A stretch of DNA of 64,000 nucleotides from Candidatus Nomurabacteria bacterium (GCA_028286645.1 JAQBRF010000002.1:58518-122517); one strand, 5' to 3'. Shown: positions 1 to 10,190, numbered from the stretch's first letter. Numbers and translations: made by a program. The notes: generated by a model not told the origin, from the letters alone.

Positions 1-794
1 CAGCAAACCACATACCTCTTAAAAGGTTGAACTCAGAAAGATTATCAGAAAGTTTTGGTAAATTGTTCATTTGATAGACCTCATCAATTCTTCCTGTAAG
101 TAAGCTTTTTTGCTCAGGCGTGAAATTGTATAACCGATAAAATTCATATTCAGAAGATTCAGGAAACCAATTTAAATGCTCTATCATTCCGCCAATGTCA
201 TACCCAAGAGGACCTGAAAAAGAGTCTTCAAAATCTATAACCCCATTTGGATATATATTAAATGGTCCAAAATCGCCATGACAAATAACGAAAGGTATGC
301 GTTCTAACTTCCTTTGAACCTGTGTATAGGCTTCTAGTATTTTTTCTTTGTATTCTGGCAGTTCTTCACAGAGAAGATCTAAATGAATTGCTTTTGTAAA
401 AGCATACCATTTCTTATTATTAGTACACGTTTTCAGCTGCGCTTCTGTGAAGCGGACACATACTTTAATGTAGTTATCAAATGTATCATCAGAAATAACC
501 CCATTTAAAGTGACTTCGTCTCTAAATATAAGGCCAAAATGTTTTTCTCCAAGTGATTCTTCTATGTAGAATTCCATTCCATCTATCTTTCCTTCTTCTA
601 TAAGTTTGGGCACTGGGAAACCAAAAGATTCTAACTTTTTATGAATTACTAAATTCTTTTGAACTTTTTCTTGATCCCCTATTCTGAGGTACTTGAGGCC
701 GGAAATGTATATAGCAGAATCACCACCACGCTGAGTATCTACATGCACGTACTTTTCTCCTTTGAGAGACAGTTCTTTTGGGAATTCCATTCAT
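1..794 (-). CDS. Phosphotransferase enzyme family protein (aminoglycoside/choline-kinase-like), C-terminus runs off window start
   Basis: Reverse-strand translation from ATG ~794 gives MNGIPKELSLKGEKYVH... containing the HGDFGPFN catalytic-loop motif typical of APH/ChoK-like kinases; open to position 1. Confidence 0.6.
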
Positions 795-900
795 AAAGTA
801 TACCCTACCCTGCTCCTCACTATAATATGTGTGCTTTAGTGAATACTGTAGGAACCACTCACTTTAATAATATGGTAAAATTACCCTATCTATAATCACC

Positions 901-1572
901 ATGAAAATAAAGGATCAATACAACGAAATAGGTAAAAATTATTCCCACGATAACCAAACTTTTTTTAAAGAAAAGGGAGAAGTAGATTTCGGGCGACAAT
1001 TCATTTTAGACAATCTTAAAGAAGTCGAGAGTAAAAGCATCCTAGATGTAGGCTGCGGGGCGGGAGATGACATCATGATTTATGAAAAGATGAAGTTTGC
1101 AAAAGTTTTCGGTGTTGACCCTTCTCGACTTATGATTGATCAGGCACTTGGAAAGATCGCGCATAAAGAAAACGTTCAGATCGGTGACTATGAGAACCTT
1201 CCCTTCCCTGATAACAGTTTTGATTATGTCGTGGGGAGATTCTCACTTCATTATGTAGAAAATATAGATAATGCTTATAAAGAAGTTCTCCGTGTACTTA
1301 AACCTGGAGGCCAATTTATAGCTATTGCGGATCACCCGATGGCTGATGCCTTCGAGAAAAAGCGGTATGAAAAAAATGGGAGGACATACATAACCATTAA
1401 ACTATTTGATGGCACAATAGAAGTTACATTCCCTCTACATCTACTGGGTGAATATATATCTGACTACTTTTTAAAATCCTTTAGATTAATTCAATTCAAG
1501 GAGCACGTCGGATCAGAAAGAGAGGTTACTCACGTCCCAAATGCATTTGGCATTACCGCTAAGAAGATTTAA
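901..1572 (+). CDS. Class I SAM-dependent methyltransferase
   Basis: LDVGCGAGDD glycine-rich SAM-binding motif; TATAAT 6 nt upstream of ATG. Confidence 0.8.
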   Translation: MKIKDQYNEIGKNYSHDNQTFFKEKGEVDFGRQFILDNLKEVESKSILDVGCGAGDDIMIYEKMKFAKVFGVDPSRLMIDQALGKIAHKENVQIGDYENLPFPDNSFDYVVGRFSLHYVENIDNAYKEVLRVLKPGGQFIAIADHPMADAFEKKRYEKNGRTYITIKLFDGTIEVTFPLHLLGEYISDYFLKSFRLIQFKEHVGSEREVTHVPNAFGITAKKI

Positions 1573-2269
1573 TCAATTCAAAAGCATAGAATGCTCTCGG
1601 GTCATTTTCTAATTCTCTCTTTCCAATTAACTTATATTTAAATCCTGAACTTGTAGCAAGATTTAGCATATCGTCAATATTCCCAAAGTTAGATTGGGAG
1701 ATATATATCCTTCCAGTAGGTTTAAGATGTTTTTGGAATCCTTCAAAAAGTTTTTTGTGTACTACCAGATTTGTATCTTTTATAGTTTGTTCAATGAATT
1801 TCCTATTTTCATCTTTAACTTTTCTGTCACTAAAAGGAGGATTGCATGTAATAACATCAAATTTCTCGTTCTGTTTTAGCGCAGAGAATACATCAGAGAC
1901 TCGACCTTCTGTCACATTCTCAACATTAAATCTTTTAGCATTAATATTCACCGTTTCAATCGCTTTTGGATTGATATCTAATGCTACTACTTTCCTAGCA
2001 CCCTTTAGAGCAGCAAACACTGCGATTACCCCTGAACCGGTACATACATCCAGCACTTCATCTGTAGGATGTATGACCATATTATTAACTATTTCTTTAC
2101 TATCATCATGCGGCCAAAATACACCTTTCAAAACTCTAAAGGTTTTATCAAGATAGGCCACCTCCACTCCTTCTTCGGGAATATTCTCTAACTTTTTAAA
2201 TATATTTTCTCGCTCTCTTTCTATTCTCTCCTGCTCCTTATCCGTAAGCCTCTTTATTTCTAGTTCCAT
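1559..2269 (-). CDS. Methyltransferase small-domain protein (HemK/RsmC-like N-methyltransferase)
   Basis: VLDVCTGSGVIAV SAM motif followed by NPPF catalytic motif. Confidence 0.65.
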   Translation of the reverse strand: MELEIKRLTDKEQERIERERENIFKKLENIPEEGVEVAYLDKTFRVLKGVFWPHDDSKEIVNNMVIHPTDEVLDVCTGSGVIAVFAALKGARKVVALDINPKAIETVNINAKRFNVENVTEGRVSDVFSALKQNEKFDVITCNPPFSDRKVKDENRKFIEQTIKDTNLVVHKKLFEGFQKHLKPTGRIYISQSNFGNIDDMLNLATSSGFKYKLIGKRELENDPRAFYAFELIKSS

Positions 2270-2311
2270 TGAAAATGTATCAGCGTCAATTAATGTGAAT
2301 CTAAATTGAAT

Positions 2312-3421
2312 CTATTTTTCTGATTTACTAATTTTCCCATTAATAAACTGCGCTCTTATTGGTAACGGCATAAAATTGTGGGAATCATCTACAGTATACG
2401 CGCTTGTAATCCCTTCAAAAGAATTAAGAGATTTTAAATATTTTGTAACTTCTTCTTTAGTGGTTATGTTATTGTCGGCCAAGTTCTTTAGCATTAGCCC
2501 TATGTCAATGGCAAAAGATTCAAATCCTGCGGGTTCTCTGTTGTTTCTTTTGATATAATCATTTTTAAACTCTGTAGCATATTCTCCTGTATTAAATGGA
2601 GTGGTCATGGTATAAACTTTTTCGGCAAGACCTGCAAGTGCTTCCGGAGTCCCTGGATTAAGAAGTACTCCCAAGACATCATAAATTGGAAGATTTATCC
2701 CTGCTTCTTTAGCTTGGACCATTATGCCTTTCCACTGGCTGGTCGGTATAGCTATAATCCCGATCACCTGTGGATTTGCTTGTTTAACTTTTGCTAGTTG
2801 GGTCCGGAAATCTGTATCTGTATCTTGAAATGTCTCAATAGTAACTTTTATTCCGGCAGAATTCAGCTTGGGAACAATCAAATCCGCAGTTGATTGGGCT
2901 CCTTCGTTTTTGGCCTGGAGTAAAGCAACGTGAGTTATTTTTTGATCAACTATTCTCTCTACAAAGAAATCAGCGAACTGTTCAGCTGTCCAGAATATTC
3001 TATATGCATAGTCGTTGTTTTTACTTGTTGCATTCATTGCAGCAACAAATGAAATAATAATTGGGGTTTTACTTTGCTGCGCCAAAGGGATTATGGGTAC
3101 GGTTGCTTTTGATATTGCTGAAACAAGAATATCGACACCATCTACTGTTGTAAGCTTTTGAAACGCAGCCACTCCACCTGCAGCATCTCCTTTACTGTCT
3201 TCATAAATAATTTTAATTTTCTTGTTTCCTCCCACAACAGAATCCATCCCCTTTTTAAAATACTCTCCGTATTGTGCGGTGGGTCCTGTAAAAGGAAGAG
3301 ATGCTCCGACCACAAGAATATCGTTACCTTTGCTTTCTCTAAAACCCAATAATTTATAAATACTAAATATTATAACTACCAACAAAACTAACATTAGAAT
3401 GTATTTGGTTGTTTTATTCAT
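2312..3421 (-). CDS. ABC transporter substrate-binding protein, LivJ-like (branched-chain amino acid type)
   Basis: N-terminal TM/signal anchor, VVGASLPFTGPTAQYGEYFKKG motif typical of type-I periplasmic binding proteins. Confidence 0.75.
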   Translation of the reverse strand: MNKTTKYILMLVLLVVIIFSIYKLLGFRESKGNDILVVGASLPFTGPTAQYGEYFKKGMDSVVGGNKKIKIIYEDSKGDAAGGVAAFQKLTTVDGVDILVSAISKATVPIIPLAQQSKTPIIISFVAAMNATSKNNDYAYRIFWTAEQFADFFVERIVDQKITHVALLQAKNEGAQSTADLIVPKLNSAGIKVTIETFQDTDTDFRTQLAKVKQANPQVIGIIAIPTSQWKGIMVQAKEAGINLPIYDVLGVLLNPGTPEALAGLAEKVYTMTTPFNTGEYATEFKNDYIKRNNREPAGFESFAIDIGLMLKNLADNNITTKEEVTKYLKSLNSFEGITSAYTVDDSHNFMPLPIRAQFINGKISKSEK

Positions 3422-3569
3422 AAACCAAAGTATATCACTTCTGCGGTACGGATTATTCTGTCTAAAAGCTATTGATTTATATGCCTAAATAATCTGTATA
3501 CTACAGCGGACGACTTATTTTCTTAGCTTATTTTCAATCTGTAGGAAATAGAAGGACTCTTGTGGGAGG

Positions 3570-3788
3570 TTATAGGAACTTTTGTATTAACCAACTAATT
3601 AAAAATGTAACTACAAATATCCCCACAGCCCACGGTAACGCAATTATCCAAGCAAAAGAAGGAGGGTTGCTAGTTATAGGATCATTTCCTGAGGCTATGT
3701 GGTCGGCAATTCTTTTATATTCAATAAAATAGATGCTAACAAATGTCAGCAATGCTATGACCAGAGAAATAATAAATGATATTTTCAT
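3570..3788 (-). CDS. Small membrane protein (track ORF trimmed to ATG following conserved TATACT box)
   Basis: Two hydrophobic segments; conserved promoter/leader module A immediately upstream. Confidence 0.4.
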   Translation of the reverse strand: MKISFIISLVIALLTFVSIYFIEYKRIADHIASGNDPITSNPPSFAWIIALPWAVGIFVVTFLISWLIQKFL

Positions 3789-3837
3789 AATTAAAAGTAT
3801 ATCAGGCCTTACCTCTCTCCTCCACACTATATTTGGC

Positions 3838-3937
3838 CCATTCGCGACTACACTCAGGACACTAAAATTTAAACTTCTGTGGTGGACTCCATTATTACTT
3901 AGGAGCGAGTTAGAAAATAAGTTACTCCTCCTCCTGT
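3838..3937. repeat. Element C plus truncated element B
   Basis: cattcgcgactacactcaggacactaaaatttaaacttc matches 7175..7213; followed by gtggtggactccattattacttaggag. Confidence 0.7.
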
Positions 3938-4498
3938 TTACACTGTATCTTTAATAAATACTTTCATCACGATTATAAACAATGTGTGAAGTACCACTGG
4001 TACAACCAAACTACCAGTAACGTAAAAACTGAATCCCAAAAACATTCCTGCCATAAAAGTCATAGTAACGAGTTTCCAGTTCCATTCAGTAAGTCGAAAG
4101 CCTTTTGCTCCGTTTAAAACATGGGCAAGTCCAAAAAATAATGAGGACAAAATTATCGAATTAGGGGCGTCAAGGATTGAATAAAAATATGTCTGTACAA
4201 ATCCTCTGAAAATAATTTCTTCTGGCACTGCAATTAATAGACCTGCGTACAAAATAATTATATGTAATTTAGATAAATTTTTTCTATTTAAACCAATAAC
4301 CCCGAATTTCAAAAAGTAATTTATAGCAAAAAAGATAATGAAAGCACAGATTGTTATTGGAAGTAAAAACACTAAATCTTTCGTACTAAACATAAAGAAA
4401 ACTTGTGGTGATTTCATAAAAATGAAAAAATACACGCAAAAAAGAACATATATAGAAACTATAAAATTATGATACCTAGATTTAAATAGAGCTTTCAC
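3938..4498 (-). CDS. CPBP family intramembrane metalloprotease (CAAX protease / Abi-like)
   Basis: EEIIFRG ... FGLAHVLN motifs in multi-TM protein. Confidence 0.7.
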   Translation of the reverse strand: MKALFKSRYHNFIVSIYVLFCVYFFIFMKSPQVFFMFSTKDLVFLLPITICAFIIFFAINYFLKFGVIGLNRKNLSKLHIIILYAGLLIAVPEEIIFRGFVQTYFYSILDAPNSIILSSLFFGLAHVLNGAKGFRLTEWNWKLVTMTFMAGMFLGFSFYVTGSLVVPVVLHTLFIIVMKVFIKDTV

Positions 4499-4613
4499 TT
4501 TAGTGAATAAAGTATACCAGTTCCACTCTATCTACAATTCGCTAAGGATATGCAAATGTTGTAACTAAAAATTCCCTGTTGATTCAGGAGATTTTTAGTA
4601 ATTATTCATTGCT

Positions 4614-4700
4614 GTGGTGTAGTGGACTCCATTATTTACTTAGGAGAAAGATGGGTTAGAAAATAAGCAGTACCCTTGTAGTAGGTTATAGGAACTGAGA
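4614..4700. repeat. Intergenic repeat element B (~85 bp) copy
   Basis: gtggtgtagtggactccattatttacttaggag...agaaaataagcagtacccttgtagtaggttataggaactgagat; near-identical copies at 7244..7326 and 9449..9528, truncated or degenerate copies at 3878..3937, 3541..3585 and 5359..5440; always directly 3' of a minus-strand gene stop. Confidence 0.8.
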
Positions 4701-4707
4701 TGGGGGT

Positions 4708-5322
4708 TTACCAAGGTCTCGGGCGTTCCCTTTTAGCCCGCGCTTCAATTTGTGGAGCCTCTTTGATTAAATCTTCTTCGGATTTACCGGACACTTCTAG
4801 ATACCGCTGCTTTCTCCAGTATGTTGCCCATTCCATCAACCAGTCGACCTCCTTAACAAACCGATCTTCAGAAAGCGTTGCGTCCTTGAAATCTTTCCTA
4901 AGAACTAGTTGAGGCATACCCGAGTTTAAAGGTTGTTCATTTATATAGAAATAACCCTCGCCAAGCGTAGAAGGCTCACGATCTCCCGCCCTTTTAACTT
5001 CATCAAAAAATTCTTTTCTTTTAATCATGAGGTGGGCATCATTTACTACAAGACCAAACACTGAAAACTGTCCATCGTTTGCGGAGTAACTGAACTCGGC
5101 AGCTCCGAGTATCACTTTGAAATCCTGTTGGTCTTCTTTAAGAGAGACGTTATCTCCTATTTTCTTCCCATAGGCGGTTACATATTTTTTGGCTTCTTCG
5201 TTTGTCATGTGTTTTGGTACATTATTAGATGTTTGTATATTAAATCCTTTTTTATAATACATAAAGCCTGCACCTATAAGGAGCAATATGGCCACAATTA
5301 TTAAAGACTTTTTCATATTCAA
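4708..5322 (-). CDS. Secreted/anchored hypothetical protein, paralogue of 6467..7123
   Basis: N-terminal signal anchor; shared C-terminal ...EE(D/E)LIKEAP...R(P/K)xxW* with 6467..7123. Confidence 0.55.
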   Translation of the reverse strand: MNMKKSLIIVAILLLIGAGFMYYKKGFNIQTSNNVPKHMTNEEAKKYVTAYGKKIGDNVSLKEDQQDFKVILGAAEFSYSANDGQFSVFGLVVNDAHLMIKRKEFFDEVKRAGDREPSTLGEGYFYINEQPLNSGMPQLVLRKDFKDATLSEDRFVKEVDWLMEWATYWRKQRYLEVSGKSEEDLIKEAPQIEARAKRERPRPW

Positions 5323-5441
5323 TCAAAGTATATCAGTAATTAACCGCATTCTTCACTGTGGTTAGTGGGCTATAAAGAACTTCTTTATTGCTTAGGAACA
5401 TCCTCTCATCACCCTATATTTTATGTAGGACATAAACAGGA

Positions 5442-5672
5442 TTAGAACTCATGAAAAAGAGAATAGAGTAAATACCCTGCTGAAACAATTCCTACAATTA
5501 CCGCAATTATCATCAAACTTATATCCCAAATTCCATTACAAGGAAATGAATTTAAAGAGTTTTGGGTGCAGGGTACTACCTTATCGATTATATGTCTTGA
5601 GAAGAGCGCCCTATTACCGATGATAAATAAAATAGCTGAAACTACAAGACTAATAATTGATATTTTTATCAT
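5442..5672 (-). CDS. Small membrane protein
   Basis: 76 aa, two hydrophobic helices, own upstream AAGTATATC box. Confidence 0.4.
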   Translation of the reverse strand: MIKISIISLVVSAILFIIGNRALFSRHIIDKVVPCTQNSLNSFPCNGIWDISLMIIAVIVGIVSAGYLLYSLFHEF

Positions 5673-5776
5673 ATTTGAAGTATATCAGTTCGCTAACGTT
5701 GATTGCTAAGTATCGAACACAATCTTTAACCCTTTGGCTACACAGTAAAAATTAGAGCAGTCCCACTATGGCAGTA

Positions 5777-6022
5777 TTAATTATCAAGTACTTGAGAAAT
5801 TAGCTCGATGAAGTCCTTAGCCCTCTTTTTTTGCTCAACCGATAAACTTTCTTCTTTTATTAATTCTTGCAAATAAAAACGGACGCCCATTAAAGCTTCA
5901 GATCCTAATGAAGCACCTTCAACAACTGTGTTAATTTTATTTTGCCAAGCGTTTAAACCTTTTTCTCCCAATTCTGCGGTAAAGTTTCTAACGTCATCAT
6001 AAAAGTTACTTGGAAGAGTCAT
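5777..6022 (-). CDS. Small hypothetical protein
   Basis: 81 aa ORF with upstream AAGTATATC box. Confidence 0.4.
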   Translation of the reverse strand: MTLPSNFYDDVRNFTAELGEKGLNAWQNKINTVVEGASLGSEALMGVRFYLQELIKEESLSVEQKKRAKDFIELISQVLDN

Positions 6023-6125
6023 CCAAGAAGTATATCAGTTCCCAAGGAACTATTACCATATAGAAAACCAAGATTTTTAATAATCCTTGGATGTCATTAT
6101 GACTTAGACAGAAGTTTCGTGAATT

Positions 6126-6359
6126 TTAATGGTAAACACCGTTTTTGATAAACCACAGGAACCACACTAAAAAAATAAGTACGATCACGATAAGCGCTCG
6201 TCCCAACCACACAAGCCATATAGGGTGATAAAAGATTAGCAATATTGCTAACCCTGCCAAGACAAATGCAATGGGAACAAATGGAAAGGTATTCCACCAG
6301 AACGACCATGCCGCAACTGCAAATAGAATAATTATAGTAATTAGCACAGATTTTGACAT
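6126..6359 (-). CDS. Small membrane protein
   Basis: 77 aa, two TM helices, module A upstream. Confidence 0.4.
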   Translation of the reverse strand: MSKSVLITIIILFAVAAWSFWWNTFPFVPIAFVLAGLAILLIFYHPIWLVWLGRALIVIVLIFLVWFLWFIKNGVYH

Positions 6360-6466
6360 AGCGTTAATTTTGTATGCTATAAGTATACCAGCTCCTACCT
6401 CTCCTCCATATTATATTTAATGTAGTTATACCTGTCCCTCTCTCTAGTTAGCAGCTGGAAGGAAAA

Positions 6467-7123
6467 TTACCATGATTTTGGTCTATTCTTTAGCATGAAT
6501 TCATTTATTCCAGGAGCTTCTTTAATAAGTTCTTCTTCTGTTTTTGCATTTATTTCATTAAATCTGTTTACAAACCAATAATCTGCATCTGAGAGGAGCC
6601 ACCCTATTTGAATTTGTAGGTTTTTCCCATTAGTAATAGGCGCTGTGTACGTTTTTGTTAGAAGGAGCACATCCGGATTCAAATCAAAAAGTGGCTCGCG
6701 CAAAAGTTCAAATTGAGCCTCGCCATACATCATGGTGGTATATTCACGCTGTCCAATACGCACTAATCGGTCCCATAGCACGGGATATTTACTTAGTGTT
6801 TTGATGTCATATCTTACTAATCCTGAGACCAATAATTGCTTTTTTTCTGCATCATACCGAAAGATAGCTCCTTTTACGCGTACTGGCAGACCCTTTGGAA
6901 GGTCACTTTCCAGAGAACCGGTAATGTTCAAGGGAGCAGCATTAGATTCTTTAATCCATAGTTTTACTATAGCTTGAGCATCTTCAATTGTTAGTGTCTC
7001 AGCTTGAGATTGTTGAGTTATATGCTGTAATTCGAGTTTTGGAATAGGTGTGCTAGATCTTTTATAAAAATAAAAGGCGCCTAACATTAATATAATTATT
7101 ACAATTATTCCTACTTTATTCAT
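6467..7123 (-). CDS. Secreted/anchored hypothetical protein, paralogue of 4708..5322
   Basis: Signal anchor; conserved C-terminal segment shared with 4708..5322. Confidence 0.55.
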   Translation of the reverse strand: MNKVGIIVIIILMLGAFYFYKRSSTPIPKLELQHITQQSQAETLTIEDAQAIVKLWIKESNAAPLNITGSLESDLPKGLPVRVKGAIFRYDAEKKQLLVSGLVRYDIKTLSKYPVLWDRLVRIGQREYTTMMYGEAQFELLREPLFDLNPDVLLLTKTYTAPITNGKNLQIQIGWLLSDADYWFVNRFNEINAKTEEELIKEAPGINEFMLKNRPKSW

Positions 7124-7243
7124 TTCATAAGTATACCAGCACTTACCCTATGCTGCTTCACGCTATATTTAGTCCATTTGCGACTACGCTCAGGACACTA
7201 AAATTTAAACTTCACTTCGTTCAAATAAATTAAAGTGTGTGCT

Positions 7244-7326
7244 GTGGTGGACTCCATTATTTACTTAGGAAGGAAGTGAGCTAGAAAATAAGCAGTATCC
7301 TTGTGGTAAGGTATAGGAACCGAGAT
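7244..7326. repeat. Intergenic repeat element B copy (part of the full B-C-A module 7127..7326)
   Basis: Direct sequence identity to 4614..4700; followed by element C (7175..7213) and promoter module A (7127..7170). Confidence 0.8.
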
Positions 7327-7769
7327 TAATCAGAAAAAGTAGAAAAGAAAGAAATCTCTCCTGTTTTCTTATTTAGCGTTAACCCCTGATACTCAGCTGG
7401 AATTCCTTCAGATTTTGGAGATCGTTCCCCCAGCTGTTTCTCAAGTTGACCAAGCAATATGTCGCCGCCTCTAAATAATCTAAATTGACTATTAGAGATA
7501 CTCGCACCTAATGGGTTCAATTTTGTACTTAGTTCATGGATAAACCCTTCCACATCTTCTGTTTCTAAACCAAAAGATAGATGGGCCGCTCCTGCAACTT
7601 GAACTCCAGGATCATAAGCGGTCAATACGGCACAAGACCCTCCCGGTAAAACCTCTAATGTTTCTACTTTGCTATTTGGACCTATGACTTCAATAGAGTT
7701 AGTTAGTACTTCTATTGATCGTCCCTGTTCACTTTGATTTTCAAAAAATTGTTTCGGCTCTTGTTCCAT
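7326..7769 (-). CDS. Hypothetical protein, possible CheD-like fold (GGSCAV...AGAAHL)
   Basis: Track ORF trimmed to the ATG 8 nt after the TATACT box; GGSCAVLTAYDPGVQVAGAAHL resembles the CheD Cys/His motif region (weak). Confidence 0.45.
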   Translation of the reverse strand: MEQEPKQFFENQSEQGRSIEVLTNSIEVIGPNSKVETLEVLPGGSCAVLTAYDPGVQVAGAAHLSFGLETEDVEGFIHELSTKLNPLGASISNSQFRLFRGGDILLGQLEKQLGERSPKSEGIPAEYQGLTLNKKTGEISFFSTFSD

Positions 7770-7836
7770 CCCTAAAGTATACCCTACTCCTCTCCACACT
7801 ATATTAGTGTGCTATGTAGAGATTACACGAATTGCA

Positions 7837-8367
7837 TTAACTAAAAAGGGAATTGTAAGCTGATTCTAAAGAAGCATTTCTATCTGGATAAATATCAAAA
7901 TAAGGAAAATTGTTTTTAGATGCCTCTTGTTCTATCTTTTTACTTTTTTTAATAAAGTATTCTGGAAGAGTGTTTTGCTTTTCTTGTGATAAGTTACTTA
8001 CCCAGTCTGACTTAGGGTCACTCTTTTTTATATCTTCCAAAGTTATGTTGCTTGTACCCAAGAAACAACACCTCAATTCTATCTTCTCTTTAAGAGATGT
8101 GACTTGCTCGGGGGTAAACAGGTCTCCTTCTATAACATAATCCTCATATTTGTTTTGAAGAATTTTCAAAAATTGCAGTAAATAAGGAAAAAACACTTCT
8201 GCCTTTTTATCTTCTTCCAAAGCTTTAAGCCCTAGTTGGGTGGGTGAAGAATCTAAAAGATTCCTTATTACATCAGTTGAAATATTAGAAATATGCTTGC
8301 GTTCAAGCATGAGAGCCGCCAACGTACTCTTTCCGACTCTTGCTGTTCCTCCAATAAGATAAATCAT
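7837..8367 (-). CDS. P-loop NTPase / kinase-like protein
   Basis: Walker A GGTARVGKST near the N-terminus after trimming the track ORF to ATG at ~8367. Confidence 0.6.
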   Translation of the reverse strand: MIYLIGGTARVGKSTLAALMLERKHISNISTDVIRNLLDSSPTQLGLKALEEDKKAEVFFPYLLQFLKILQNKYEDYVIEGDLFTPEQVTSLKEKIELRCCFLGTSNITLEDIKKSDPKSDWVSNLSQEKQNTLPEYFIKKSKKIEQEASKNNFPYFDIYPDRNASLESAYNSLFS

Positions 8368-8474
8368 TGCATAAGTATACCCTACTCCCCACCACCCTAT
8401 TGAAATACATATAAGGATGTGTGCCCTTCGGACTACCTTAGGACAATCAATTTTCAACTCAGACGATATTAGGA

Positions 8475-9413
8475 CTATTTTATTTTCTTTTTGAGAAATT
8501 TCAGAACATGAGTATCTGTATATGTAGCTATATCCAGTTCTTTCGAAAAGATATTGATTAGATTTTTCTTTTCTGCTAGTGAGATTTCATTACTGCCAGG
8601 AACATGTACAGAGGCAAGGGCGATATTTTGGTGTTCTTCAATAAAAGAACGTATTTCCTCTCCTCCATCTTTAAAAAGTCCATCGTCAAGAATGTCCTGT
8701 CCATCGTACGAAGCTCGGACAAGCGCATTAAATACTTGATCTTCGGGAACGCCGGAATAGACATGTATCTTGTGTATCAAAATATCTATAAGCATTCTTC
8801 CAATATCATACGTTCTATAATATCCTTCTTCTATCATAGAGCTATTTCCTGATCGTCTAAGATATTCTTCCAGCACTTTATCAGCAATCTTTTCTACCAG
8901 CCCTTCGTTAAAAGCAACACGTGTCCTATTAAAATTTTCATCATTACTAGTCAAACCAGAGACCTCAGCTGAGATTGATGTACCGTCCTTTTCCTCAAAA
9001 TCCTCATACCCGGAAAATTGAGTAGTATGTACCTGTTCGTGAATGAGCAGTTTGAGGGTTATTAATCTCTTTCTCAACTTCTCATTCAAGATAGGTGTGA
9101 TGAATTTGAAATTTGCAGGATTGAAATGCAATGCCGATCGTTCCCCCATTTTTTCCCCAGTTGATTTGTCTACAATAGGCTCTATACCCGCTGTTGCCGC
9201 AAAATAAAATGCGTCATAGAAATATTTTATGTCTTCCTTTTTCACAAATTCCATATCCTTCTCATCTAGTCCCGCTTTCTTATATATTTCTTCGAATATG
9301 GTGCGCAGTAGATCAAAATCCACCCTCTCCAAGTCCTCTTGAATCTTTTCCTTGGATCCTTTAAAAACTTCCTCTTTTGTTTTTTCCCAAAGACTTTTAC
9401 TTTCCATCACCAA
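8475..9413 (-). CDS. HExxH-motif protein, putative zinc metallopeptidase (HEQVHTTQ, DUF4157-like HExxHxxQ pattern)
   Basis: LLIHEQVHTTQF motif; acidic cytoplasmic-looking protein. Confidence 0.5.
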   Translation of the reverse strand: MVMESKSLWEKTKEEVFKGSKEKIQEDLERVDFDLLRTIFEEIYKKAGLDEKDMEFVKKEDIKYFYDAFYFAATAGIEPIVDKSTGEKMGERSALHFNPANFKFITPILNEKLRKRLITLKLLIHEQVHTTQFSGYEDFEEKDGTSISAEVSGLTSNDENFNRTRVAFNEGLVEKIADKVLEEYLRRSGNSSMIEEGYYRTYDIGRMLIDILIHKIHVYSGVPEDQVFNALVRASYDGQDILDDGLFKDGGEEIRSFIEEHQNIALASVHVPGSNEISLAEKKNLINIFSKELDIATYTDTHVLKFLKKKIK

Positions 9414-9448
9414 AGTATACCTTACTCTCCTCTATACTATTTGGTACC

Positions 9449-9528
9449 GTAGCGGACTCCATCAGTTAGGAGCAGAGCGACTTAGAAAATAAGCACCACC
9501 CTGGTGGTAGGTTATAAGAACTGGGATT
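9449..9528. repeat. Intergenic repeat element B copy
   Basis: gtagcggactccatcagttaggag...agaaaataagcaccaccctggtggtaggttataagaactgggatt. Confidence 0.75.
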
Positions 9529-9611
9529 AAAAAATAGAAACTATTTAATACTAAACTTTAGTCTCTCAGATTTTTCATTCATATAAATATCTATTTTAAA
9601 CAGTTGCAAAC

Positions 9612-10145
9612 TTAAATAAACACATTTAAATATTTAGTAACCGCAAGAAATTCATCATAAAGATTATGCTCTTTTAAAACAGAAATAAATAAAGGATGTG
9701 TGTACCCATCAGCAATAAATTCATGAATATCTTTCCTGTAATTAAAGAATGTTAACCCATCCTTCTCTATCCCGTCAGGAAAGATATCTTTTATCTTTTC
9801 AAAAAAAGTTTTTAGTTCTTGTGTAACTTCTTGTCGAAATTCAATTGCATGAATAATTTCATGCCTCTTTGTTATTTCAGATGTACCAGAGTAAAATAAT
9901 AATGCGTCAAGTCTATCTACATAAGCTCCATTAGCTGTTTTACTAGGAGCTGTATTAAGGTAATAGGCTGGAATGTCGCGCTGTAAATTAAAACCAAATT
10001 CCTTGGCTAAAGTTACAGCATTTTCTACTTTCATTATCTGCATCTTAGTTTGAGTTCCGTCTTTCTCAGTCAAAGAGAAAGTATCTCCTTCTTTTTTCCA
10101 AGGGACTAACGGGTCTCTCACTAATAATGTGGGTTGTTCTTCCAT
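9612..10145 (-). CDS. HExxH-motif protein, putative metallopeptidase-like
   Basis: RHEIIHAIEF motif; track ORF trimmed to ATG after the TATACT box. Confidence 0.5.
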   Translation of the reverse strand: MEEQPTLLVRDPLVPWKKEGDTFSLTEKDGTQTKMQIMKVENAVTLAKEFGFNLQRDIPAYYLNTAPSKTANGAYVDRLDALLFYSGTSEITKRHEIIHAIEFRQEVTQELKTFFEKIKDIFPDGIEKDGLTFFNYRKDIHEFIADGYTHPLFISVLKEHNLYDEFLAVTKYLNVFI

Positions 10146-10190
10146 CTCCAAAGTATACCCTACCCTGCTCCACACTATGTTAAAAGACTC
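10146..10190 (-). promoter_or_regulatory. Conserved promoter/leader module A (gene-sense ATATAGTGTGGAGCAGGGTAGGGTATACTTT-N4-ATG)
   Basis: Same ~45-bp sequence found upstream of the genes starting at 794, 3788, 6359, 7123, 7769, 8367, 9413 and 10145; TATACT ends 7-9 nt before the ATG. Confidence 0.6.

Noticed and set aside
7770-10175. Track N-terminal extensions MWRGVGYTLGME / MWSRVGYTLEME / ...WWGVGYTYAM shared by three cassette genes
   Set aside because: The shared peptide is just the translation of the conserved promoter/leader module A from a non-ATG start. The ATG 7-9 nt after the TATACT box is the more plausible start, so I trimmed these genes.
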